Shown here: positions 1 to 7,451 of the stretch, piece by piece | Layout of the letters: each line of letters starts with the position of its first letter | Position numbering within the stretch: position 1 is the stretch's first letter | Source of the DNA: Gammaproteobacteria bacterium | Lineage (GTDB): Bacteria; Pseudomonadota; Gammaproteobacteria; UBA4575 | Length of the DNA stretch: 64,000 nt | Assembly: GCA_965221955.1 (NCBI GenBank) | Contig: CBDCTA010000029.1 | Location: 604,601-668,600 of the forward strand | Direction: 5' to 3' | Position numbers and translations under genes: made by a program | The notes under the pieces: generated by a model | What the model was told of the DNA's origin: nothing | Database searches by the model: none | Seen by the model: the letters and a program-made list of their open reading frames with translations, nothing else

Positions 1-504
1 GTTGTTAGGCAAACCAAGTTGTTGACCAATGATGCTGCTAGTTGCAGCACCAAGATGAATGGCGGGGCCTTCACGACCTAAAGATTGTCCGGAGATGATT
101 GCAATGGCAGCGCCTACATATTGCAAGATTAAACTGCGAAACCTTAAATAACCTTGATGATATGAGAGGCGTTCCATGACATGAGAAACACCTACACCGA
201 TTCCTGACTCTTTATTAGCAAATAATTTAAAGATTGCGGCAATTAAAATTGCACCTGCGATGGGTAATAAAATACGAAAGTTCTTAGGCAATCCTTCATA
301 ATTTTCAGGATCCCCATAAGGTAAAAATGCAGTTTGTGCAGTTTCAATTACAAGTATAAAGGAAATGATGACGAGACCTGTCATCAAGCCTGCTAAAGTA
401 CCAAGCACTGCAAGCTGGATGAGCGCATCCGGCCTTGAGGTTCGCAGGCGTAAATTTTCCAATGCGCGTGTGATAAAAATCCGAATTGATGATTCCTTTC
501 CCAT
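1..504 (-). CDS. ClC-family chloride channel/H+ antiporter, N-terminal part (runs off window)
   Basis: Manual minus-strand translation from ATG at 504 (MGKESSIRIF...) is open to the window edge, hydrophobic, and contains the ClC signature GQSLGREGPAIHLG; missing from the ORF track. Confidence 0.9.
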   Translation of the reverse strand, partial: MGKESSIRIFITRALENLRLRTSRPDALIQLAVLGTLAGLMTGLVIISFILVIETAQTAFLPYGDPENYEGLPKNFRILLPIAGAILIAAIFKLFANKESGIGVGVSHVMERLSYHQGYLRFRSLILQYVGAAIAIISGQSLGREGPAIHLGAATSSIIGQQLGLPNN

Positions 505-695
505 AAGCCAGATTATGCCAGAGATTGGCTAGAAAAATTATGTTGTAAGGTGCTATCGGAGCCAATAAAAACTTTAGTGATTTGCTTTTGAAGAAACTTA
601 TTAGCTTGTATGATGCACCAAGATTACAGCTAGCCAATAGCGTTTCAATAGAATGGCTAGATATTTAATTTAAGCATAATTAGGAAATTGCATTC

Positions 696-1724
696 ATGAT
701 TTCAGTGGGAGTAGTAGGAGGAACGGGTTATACCGGCATTGAGTTGCTGCGTATTTTGGTTTCACACCCTAAGGTTGAGATTAAAGTAGTTACCTCGCGC
801 AGTGAAGTCGGTAATAAAGTTTCCAACCTATACCCAAGTCTATTGCCAAATCTTGATTTGGTCTTTTCTGCACCAGAAGTTGCGGTTTTAAAAGATTGTG
901 ATTGTGTGTTTTTTGCTGCTCCAAATGGTACCGCAATGCAAATAGTGCCGGAGTTATTAGAGGCAGGTGTAAAGGTGATTGATCTTGCTGCGGACTTTCG
1001 TATTAAAGATTCTGCAACTTGGGAGCAATGGTATAAACAACCTCATGCGTGCCCAGAATTATTAGATTCAGCCGTATATGGATTACCTGAAATTCATCGA
1101 GAAGAAATTAAGCATGCACAGTTAATAGCGAACCCAGGTTGTTATCCTACAGCTGTTATTTTAGGTTTCTTGCCACTGCTTGAATCTGGAATTGCGGAAA
1201 GCTCGCAACTCATTGCCGATGCAAAGTCTGGTGTTAGCGGTGCAGGTCGAGCGGCTAACGTACCAACACTTTTTAGTGAAGCAGGTGAAAATTTTAAAGC
1301 ATACAATGTAAACGCACACCGACATTGGCCTGAAATTAAACAAGAACTAGAAGGTGTTAATAAAAACGAAATTAACTTTGTGTTTACTCCGCATTTAACG
1401 CCCATGGTGCGTGGAATTTTCGCCACATTATATTTAACCAATATCAATATTGATGATATGCATGCGCTTTACCAAAAACGTTATGCAGATGAAGCTTTTG
1501 TGCAAGTGCTAGATGAGGGTGTGTTACCTGAAACTAAGCATGTTCGTGCCTCTAATCAGTGCATGTTGTCCGTATCTAAACCCTATTCTGGTAATACCGT
1601 AGTAGTGTTATCTGTGATTGACAATCTTGTGAAAGGGGCTGCTGGTCAAGCCGTGCAAAATATGAATCTAATGTTCGGGATAGAAGAGACTACAAGCTTA
1701 ATGCAGCCAGGGCTGTTTCCCTAA
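696..1724 (+). CDS. argC: N-acetyl-gamma-glutamyl-phosphate reductase
   Basis: GGTGYTG nucleotide-binding motif, IANPGCYPT, DNLVKGAAGQAVQN. Confidence 0.98.
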   Translation: MISVGVVGGTGYTGIELLRILVSHPKVEIKVVTSRSEVGNKVSNLYPSLLPNLDLVFSAPEVAVLKDCDCVFFAAPNGTAMQIVPELLEAGVKVIDLAADFRIKDSATWEQWYKQPHACPELLDSAVYGLPEIHREEIKHAQLIANPGCYPTAVILGFLPLLESGIAESSQLIADAKSGVSGAGRAANVPTLFSEAGENFKAYNVNAHRHWPEIKQELEGVNKNEINFVFTPHLTPMVRGIFATLYLTNINIDDMHALYQKRYADEAFVQVLDEGVLPETKHVRASNQCMLSVSKPYSGNTVVVLSVIDNLVKGAAGQAVQNMNLMFGIEETTSLMQPGLFP

Positions 1725-2443
1725 TGACAACAAATAAATTACAAAATGGTTCCTATTTGATTTCCTTCGGTGTAACTGCAGGATTTTTCTTGTTGTCTTT
1801 ATATCTTGCGTATTGGGTTGGTGTGAATGGTTTCAGGATTCCATTTATTTCATCTCATAGTACACCCGAGTTTAAAGATAGTGATGAAAAAATAAAATTT
1901 TTAGAAAAAAGCGTGCGTGAATTAGAGCGTGAATTAGCCTATGTGAAACGCTCAACTAAAGTTGAACTTGCAGCAGTGGAAAAAATGAAAGAAACGTTGC
2001 AAGAAAAAGATCTTGAATTATTAGAGCTTAATCAAGAACTGCATTTTTATAATACGCTTTACACCGCAAATACGGATAACACCTTGGTGCATATCAAGGC
2101 GTTTAATTTGCACAAAGATTTAGTTACTGGGAAATATAATTATGAATTAGTATTAACCGGTGTGGCTAAAAAAAGCGAAGGGAAAATTTCTGGAGTCATA
2201 GGATTAAGTGTTGATGGCGAAGAGCAAGAAATTTTAAAACGTTTAGTATTTGAAGATGCAAGTGAAATTACCGATACTTCTTTGAAATTTTCTTTTAAAT
2301 ATTTTCAAAAAATTTCAGGTAGCTTCTCATTACCGGAAGAGTTTGTGCCATCTTCTGTTCACGTGGAAGTGCGGCGTGATAAAAATAATAAGGAGCCGAT
2401 AGCCGTTAGTTATAATTGGGATGAAATTTTTGTAAAAAGTTAA
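1724..2443 (+). CDS. Membrane-anchored coiled-coil protein (DUF6776-like) typically found between argC and bactofilin
   Basis: N-terminal TM helix, coiled coil, FSFKYFQ motif, conserved synteny. Confidence 0.7.
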   Translation: MTTNKLQNGSYLISFGVTAGFFLLSLYLAYWVGVNGFRIPFISSHSTPEFKDSDEKIKFLEKSVRELERELAYVKRSTKVELAAVEKMKETLQEKDLELLELNQELHFYNTLYTANTDNTLVHIKAFNLHKDLVTGKYNYELVLTGVAKKSEGKISGVIGLSVDGEEQEILKRLVFEDASEITDTSLKFSFKYFQKISGSFSLPEEFVPSSVHVEVRRDKNNKEPIAVSYNWDEIFVKS

Positions 2444-2458
2444 TAACAGGTCTGAATT

Positions 2459-2839
2459 GTGTTAAAGAGAAAAATTAAAACCATGCAAGTGGATACCCTG
2501 GTGGGTAAACATTCTAAAATTGTTGGCGATATTCTATATACAGGTGGTGTGCATGTTGAAGGTGAAATTGAGGGCAACCTCATGGCAGAAGAAGTCGATA
2601 AAGGCTTTGTGGTGGTCAGCGAATCTGGACTTGTAAAAGGAGAAATTCGTGGGCCAACAATTATTGTTTATGGAACAGTAAATGGCGATGTTTATGCAAC
2701 GGGTACAATCGAACTTGCTGCAGGTGCAAAAATAAACGGCAGTGTTTATTATAATTTACTCGAAATGGCGAACGGTGCAGAAGTAAATGGTAGCCTTGTG
2801 CATCAGCAAAGCTCAAGAGGACAGGTTGAAACCAGCTAA
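2459..2839 (+). CDS. Bactofilin (polymer-forming cytoskeletal protein)
   Basis: TLVG...IVGDI...VEGEIEG...G.VKGEI beta-helix repeats. Confidence 0.92.
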   Translation: MLKRKIKTMQVDTLVGKHSKIVGDILYTGGVHVEGEIEGNLMAEEVDKGFVVVSESGLVKGEIRGPTIIVYGTVNGDVYATGTIELAAGAKINGSVYYNLLEMANGAEVNGSLVHQQSSRGQVETS

Positions 2840-2865
2840 TTAGAGGGTTTAACTATTACTTCGGA

Positions 2866-2890
2866 ATAGTTGACTAATTTACTAAGGTAA
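2866..2890 (+). promoter_or_regulatory. IscR type-1 binding site overlapping the erpA promoter
   Basis: ATAGTTGACTAATTTACTAAGGTAA resembles consensus ATASYYGACTRWWWYAGTCRRSTAT; includes -35 TTGACT, with TAGTAT at 2894; erpA is a known IscR target. Confidence 0.75.
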
Positions 2891-2934
2891 TGTTAGTATA
2901 TTAGCAAGTTCTAACGTATTATTTGGAGAATCCT

Positions 2935-3324
2935 ATGTCTACATCTGATAGTGGACAAGCAACTGCAGAAGCAACAACACCTTCAGCTCCGCCGGTAACA
3001 TTGATTTTTACCGATGCGGCCGCGAACAAAGTAAAGCAGCTCATCGAAGAGGAAAAAAATGACAATCTCAAGTTACGAGTGTTCGTAAGTGGTGGAGGTT
3101 GTTCAGGATTTCAATACGGCTTTACTTTTGATGAAAATCTCCAAGATGGCGATACCTCTGTTGAAAATGGTGGAGTAACATTGTTGGTGGATCCTATGAG
3201 TTATCAGTATCTAATGGGAGCCGAGATTGATTACACAGAAGGTCTTGAGGGAGCGCAATTTGTGATTCGCAACCCAAATGCACAAACCACTTGTGGTTGT
3301 GGCTCATCGTTTTCCCCAGGCTAA
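2935..3324 (+). CDS. erpA: Fe-S cluster insertion protein ErpA
   Basis: [11 protein letters not shown] and TCGCGSSF motifs; ATG at 2935 after GGAG. Confidence 0.96.
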   Translation: MSTSDSGQATAEATTPSAPPVTLIFTDAAANKVKQLIEEEKNDNLKLRVFVSGGGCSGFQYGFTFDENLQDGDTSVENGGVTLLVDPMSYQYLMGAEIDYTEGLEGAQFVIRNPNAQTTCGCGSSFSPG

Positions 3325-3347
3325 GCAATAACGAATACATTTATTTT

Positions 3348-3374
3348 AAAGCGCTCTCATGAGCGCTTTTTTTT
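3348..3374 (+). terminator. Rho-independent terminator after erpA
   Basis: AAAGCGCTC-TCAT-GAGCGCTTT followed by T-run. Confidence 0.85.
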
Positions 3375-3469
3375 GCTCTAATTATTACCTTAATTATTGC
3401 TATGTCAAAAAGTAAATTGTTTTAAAATGAGCAACTCATAATCTCCATACATCAAATTGGTATCTAAAA

Positions 3470-4519
3470 ATGCATAAAAACATCTCAGAAATAGTCAATG
3501 AGTTTTCAGAGTGGAATTTATTTATCGATCAGCATGGTCCTGACAATTTGATTACAGGGATGCCAGACATTAAGCAATGTGGTGAAGGAGATTTAGTTTT
3601 TGTTGAAAGTGAAGACTATGTAGCAGATGTTTTAAAGCGTAAACCCGCTGCAGTGATCACTACCGAAAAGCTTGTCGATCAGTTTACAGCTCTAACAAAT
3701 TCATCCATTTTAATCAGTAAAAATGCGAAATTAGCGCAAGCATTGTTAAGACAAAAATATATGGATCGTAATTTGCGTGAAAATGGGTGGCCACAAATTC
3801 ATGATTCAGCAGTGATACATGATACAGCGACACTCAAGGTCAATGTTACAGTCGGACCCAATGCAGTCATCTCAAAAAATGCTGTCTTAGGTGAAAATAG
3901 TATAGTAATGGCAAATGCTGTTATCGAAGAAAGCGTGTCCATCGGTTCTGATTCTGTAATTTATCCAAATGCAGTGATTTCGTATGAATGTGTCATTGGA
4001 GATCGCTGTATTGTGATGTCTGGTGCGGTAATAGGTGCTGAGGGATTTGGCTTTGCGCAAGACCAAGATCAGAAAAGTTATCGCGTTCCACAGCTTGGCA
4101 ACGTAGTGATCGGAGATGATGTTGTAATTGGTGCAAACTGCACAATTGATCGCGCAACTTTCAATAGCACAAAAATAGGTAACGGTTGTAAGTTTGATAA
4201 CTTAATTCACATCGCACACAACGTTGAAGTGGGTGAGGATGCGCTCATGGCAGCTCAATGTGGTGTGGCGGGTTCTACTAAAATTGGTAAGCGTGTACGT
4301 TTTGGCGGTCAAACTGGAACCTATGATCATGTTGAAATTGGTGACGATACAATATTTGTTCATCGTTCAGCGGTGATACATGATGTTAATGAATCAGGCA
4401 TCTATGCGGGTTTGCCACCAATTCCTTTGCGTCAATGGTCTAAATCAACTGCTGTTTTCAAGCAACTTGAGAACTTGAAGAAAACGGTAGATGTGCTTGC
4501 AAAAGATAAATCCAAATAA
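3470..4519 (+). CDS. lpxD: UDP-3-O-(3-hydroxyacyl)glucosamine N-acyltransferase (LpxD-like, outside the usual lpx operon)
   Basis: Hexapeptide repeats, GAEGFGF, IGANCTIDR, DNLIHIAHNV. Confidence 0.85.
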   Translation: MHKNISEIVNEFSEWNLFIDQHGPDNLITGMPDIKQCGEGDLVFVESEDYVADVLKRKPAAVITTEKLVDQFTALTNSSILISKNAKLAQALLRQKYMDRNLRENGWPQIHDSAVIHDTATLKVNVTVGPNAVISKNAVLGENSIVMANAVIEESVSIGSDSVIYPNAVISYECVIGDRCIVMSGAVIGAEGFGFAQDQDQKSYRVPQLGNVVIGDDVVIGANCTIDRATFNSTKIGNGCKFDNLIHIAHNVEVGEDALMAAQCGVAGSTKIGKRVRFGGQTGTYDHVEIGDDTIFVHRSAVIHDVNESGIYAGLPPIPLRQWSKSTAVFKQLENLKKTVDVLAKDKSK

Positions 4520-4539
4520 GCTTATTGATATTAATATTG

Positions 4540-4950
4540 ATGGGTACTTTATTTGAAAAGTTTGATAGTCAATATCAAGTGCAACAGCTAGCAGAAGAGT
4601 TTTACGATGTAATGGATCGTGATACTAATGCAAAAGAATTGCGTAACTTGCACCCTGACAATCTTTTTTTTACTAAAAAAATTCTTTATCGGTTTCTCGT
4701 GCATTGGTCTGGAGGGCCAGAAATTTTTAATGCAGACCTTGTCAATTCAACTTGGCTTGAATTGCGGCACAGGAATGTAGAGCTAAACGAATTGCATCAA
4801 AAGCAATGGTTGTATTGTATGGAAACTGCTATGCAGAACCTAGAGTTTAAGGAAGAATTAAGAAAAGAATGTCTTGCTAGATTTTCGTGTTTGATCAATT
4901 CGATGCTAGCAATTAGAAAGGGCAAGGACGATGTGCAGGCATGGACGTAG
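4540..4950 (+). CDS. Group II truncated hemoglobin (trHbO-like)
   Basis: FYDVMD, FL..W.GGP, L.LRH, WLYCM..AM motifs. Confidence 0.8.
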   Translation: MGTLFEKFDSQYQVQQLAEEFYDVMDRDTNAKELRNLHPDNLFFTKKILYRFLVHWSGGPEIFNADLVNSTWLELRHRNVELNELHQKQWLYCMETAMQNLEFKEELRKECLARFSCLINSMLAIRKGKDDVQAWT

Positions 4951-5038
4951 GAAGTGCAGAAAATGTAGGAGCAATTTTCTGCCGACCCAAAGTGTGAGCC
5001 CAGGGATGGGCGAATATGAGGTGCAACATGGAGGTTGC
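4935..5038 (+). repeat. Cluster of REP-like short hairpins (CA[T/G]GGA[T/G]G core)
   Basis: GCAGAAAAT..ATTTTCTGC, GCCCAGGGATGGGC (4998), GCAACATGGAGGTTGC (5023); related units at 17541-17583 and 38852-38946. Confidence 0.65.
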
Positions 5039-5064
5039 TTCAGATTCAATATTTCTTTTAATAG

Positions 5065-5094
5065 AATGACTGCTTACTACCCAAAGCGGACATT
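5065..5094. repeat. 30-bp palindromic site 1 (11-8-11)
   Basis: AATGACTGCTT-ACTACCCA-AAGCGGACATT. Confidence 0.85.
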
Positions 5095-5109
5095 AATAAT
5101 ATTTTAATA

Positions 5110-5559
5110 ATGACTGTTGAACCACTAGTTAACCATAAGGATGTGATACCAACACTTGTTAAGTGGTACGAGTCGGAATGGGAATCTTATTATGGGGTTG
5201 ATGGGCCAGGAGATGCGCAAACAGATCTTATCTCACGATGCAATGACACAATGCCTATTGGTTTAATAGCAATAGAAAATGGAGGTGTTCTTGGAACTGT
5301 TGCAATAGATAAAGATGTAACTACAAACCTTACGCCATCTATAGTTGGGTTAATGGTAGCACCAGAGTATCGACGTCGAGGCATTGCTACTTCATTGATA
5401 AATACAGCTGAAAAATGGGCAAGCCAGTTTGGTTTTCGCAAGCTCTATATTAGTACATCAACATTAAGCAATTTATTCCAAAAATTAGGTTGGTCTCAAA
5501 TCGATGAGGTAGAGTTTCTTAATGCGGAACAAGGTTCTGTCTATATGAGAGAATTGTAA
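5110..5559 (+). CDS. GNAT-family N-acetyltransferase (cassette-like)
   Basis: LMVAPEYRRRGIATSLI acetyl-CoA motif A; F..LGW C-terminal motif. Confidence 0.9.
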   Translation: MTVEPLVNHKDVIPTLVKWYESEWESYYGVDGPGDAQTDLISRCNDTMPIGLIAIENGGVLGTVAIDKDVTTNLTPSIVGLMVAPEYRRRGIATSLINTAEKWASQFGFRKLYISTSTLSNLFQKLGWSQIDEVEFLNAEQGSVYMREL

Positions 5560-5574
5560 AATAGGCTTAAGTCG

Positions 5575-5604
5575 AATGGGCGCTTTTGGCCGAAAGCAGA
5601 CATA
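5575..5604. repeat. 30-bp palindromic site 2 (11-8-11)
   Basis: AATGGGCGCTT-TTGGCCGA-AAGCAGACATA. Confidence 0.85.
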
Positions 5605-5636
5605 ATTTACTTACAGTAATCTTGTAAATTCATGAT

Positions 5637-6152
5637 ATGAAAAAAAGGTATCTCTACTCATTATTATTTGGAGTGCCTGGCTTTTTTGTTTCACTATTAA
5701 TTGCTTTTGTGATCTTTGGTATTGCAGCTGGGTTTCTTTGGCTTTATGTTTTTGGTGACGACCCTTGGCCTTCATCGACCGAAAAAATTTTACCTATTCT
5801 GTTTATTCTATCCTTCTTGGGGCTGTGGAGTGCTTCAATTATTGTAGGGTTTGTGATCGGGAAAAACTTAGAAGAAGAATCGGAGTTAAACAAGCAACAT
5901 ATTATGGTGTCAGTCGGTGTCACCATTATACCCATTGTATTAATGATCCTTTATCAGTGGCGTGTAGGAAATATCGGGCCAAAATCAGATAGCGTCTTAT
6001 GTAGTGAATATTGCAGAGATAAAGGATATTCTGGAAGTGGAATGCCTGCGCTAAATTCAGGTGAGAAAAGTTGTAGTTGTTTCGATAGTCATGGTAAAGA
6101 AGTCATTAAAACTCCTATGGAAGAGGTCGTTATTGAACGATCTGTAAATTAA
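5637..6152 (+). CDS. Hypothetical membrane protein, 3 TM helices plus a Cys-rich C-terminal domain (cassette-like)
   Basis: Three hydrophobic segments; CSEYC...CSC. Confidence 0.75.
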   Translation: MKKRYLYSLLFGVPGFFVSLLIAFVIFGIAAGFLWLYVFGDDPWPSSTEKILPILFILSFLGLWSASIIVGFVIGKNLEEESELNKQHIMVSVGVTIIPIVLMILYQWRVGNIGPKSDSVLCSEYCRDKGYSGSGMPALNSGEKSCSCFDSHGKEVIKTPMEEVVIERSVN

Positions 6153-6155
6153 CTG

Positions 6156-6185
6156 AACGTCCGTATTTGGTCGAAAGCGGGCATT
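6156..6185. repeat. 30-bp palindromic site 3 (11-8-11)
   Basis: AACGTCCGTAT-TTGGTCGA-AAGCGGGCATT; abuts the anmK stop codon. Confidence 0.85.
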
Positions 6186-7297
6186 TATTTAGGCTCATAT
6201 AGTATTCCTAATCTAACCGCCTTATCCGCCCCTGTAACACTTGGAATATTTCCTGGTTTGTTCTCGATATGTCGTTTGGCTAACCACGAAAAGGCCATTG
6301 CCTCCATCCATTTAGAAGGAACATCATAATTACTGGTTGGTTGTAGAGTAAATTTTTCTAATATATTTTCTAAACGTTCAACAAGAAATTTATTTTCACT
6401 TCCGCCGCCACAAAGCAAAATCTTTTTAGTTTGTGAGCACCATGCTGCAATGCTGTCTGCAATGGTATAAACCGTTAAGTCTAATAAGGTTGCTTGTACA
6501 TCTTCAGGTGTAAGTGAAGAATTATGAGTATCAATATAGCGTTGAAGCCATTCTAGGTTGAAATGTTCGCGTCCTGTTGATTTAGGAGGCAATGCTGAAA
6601 AGTAATTATCCTGCAACATTTGTTCAAGTAACTTTGTGTTTATCTTGCCACTTTTTGCCCAAACTCCATCTTTATCAAATGCTTGGTTTAAATGTTTCTG
6701 TGTCCAAGCATCCATGAGCGTGTTTGCAGGGCCTGTATCAAAACCAATAATGGGGTCAGTTTTGTTTTGAGGCAATTTAGTAATGTTTGCAATGCCGCCT
6801 AAGTTAATGACTACTCGTTCTTCGTCTGTACTTTGTAAAACTTCTGCATGGTAAGCACAGGCAAGTGGTGCACCTTCTCCACCAGCATCAATATCGGCTT
6901 GACGGAAATTACCTATGGTTGGGATTCCTGAAACGTTAGCAATTAGTTGAGGGTTGCCTATTTGAATAGAAACTGGAGGAATGCCTTTCGGATCATGAAA
7001 TACAGTTTGACCATGACTGCCTACTGCAACCACTTGTTCTGTATTAATGCTTGCTTGGTTTAGTAATTGCTGAATGGCTTCACATGATGATTGGGCAAAT
7101 TCTTTATCAAGTAGGTCAATTTCTTTTGGGTGTTGGCGAGCAGAAATTAAAGCATTAATGTCATTTCGAAGTTGTGCATCTATTGAATGACTATACTTTG
7201 AAACAACATGAGTGTTGGATTGTTCAAAATCCATCAATACCGCGTCGATGGCATCAACGCTGGTGCCAGACATGAGTCCGATAAAATACTCAGACAT
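6185..7297 (-). CDS. anmK: Anhydro-N-acetylmuramic acid kinase
   Basis: IGLMSGTSVDAID, GSHGQT, GGEGAPL, FDTGPAN, PPKSTGRE. Confidence 0.97.
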   Translation of the reverse strand: MSEYFIGLMSGTSVDAIDAVLMDFEQSNTHVVSKYSHSIDAQLRNDINALISARQHPKEIDLLDKEFAQSSCEAIQQLLNQASINTEQVVAVGSHGQTVFHDPKGIPPVSIQIGNPQLIANVSGIPTIGNFRQADIDAGGEGAPLACAYHAEVLQSTDEERVVINLGGIANITKLPQNKTDPIIGFDTGPANTLMDAWTQKHLNQAFDKDGVWAKSGKINTKLLEQMLQDNYFSALPPKSTGREHFNLEWLQRYIDTHNSSLTPEDVQATLLDLTVYTIADSIAAWCSQTKKILLCGGGSENKFLVERLENILEKFTLQPTSNYDVPSKWMEAMAFSWLAKRHIENKPGNIPSVTGADKAVRLGILYEPK

Positions 7298-7299
7298 AT

Positions 7300-7445
7300 A
7301 ATAATCAACCTCAAAATGTATCTAATTCGCTGATACTTCGTTATAGATTTTTTTCAAATGCTCATTTACTGGATGTAAACTCCGCTATGAAAAAAAATCT
7401 ACGCCTCGTCTGGGCGCATTATCTACTATTTTGAAGCTGATTATT
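7300..7445. mobile_element. MITE-like palindromic element (~146 bp)
   Basis: Terminal IR AATAATCAACCTCAAAAT / ATTTTGAAGCTGATTATT (2 mismatches); internal ATACTTCGTTA...GCCTCGTCT shared with 20634-20759. Confidence 0.65.
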
Positions 7446-7451
7446 GAGTTA

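Noticed and set aside
344-637. 97-aa minus-strand ORF from the track
   Set aside because: Overlaps the ClC gene in another frame; no motif
5065-6185. Interpretation as integron attC array, pdif modules or CRISPR
   Set aside because: No RYYYAAC/GTTRRRY ends or extrahelical-base stems; arms do not match XerC/XerD and spacer is 8 not 6 bp; intervening units are whole genes rather than 30-40 bp spacers
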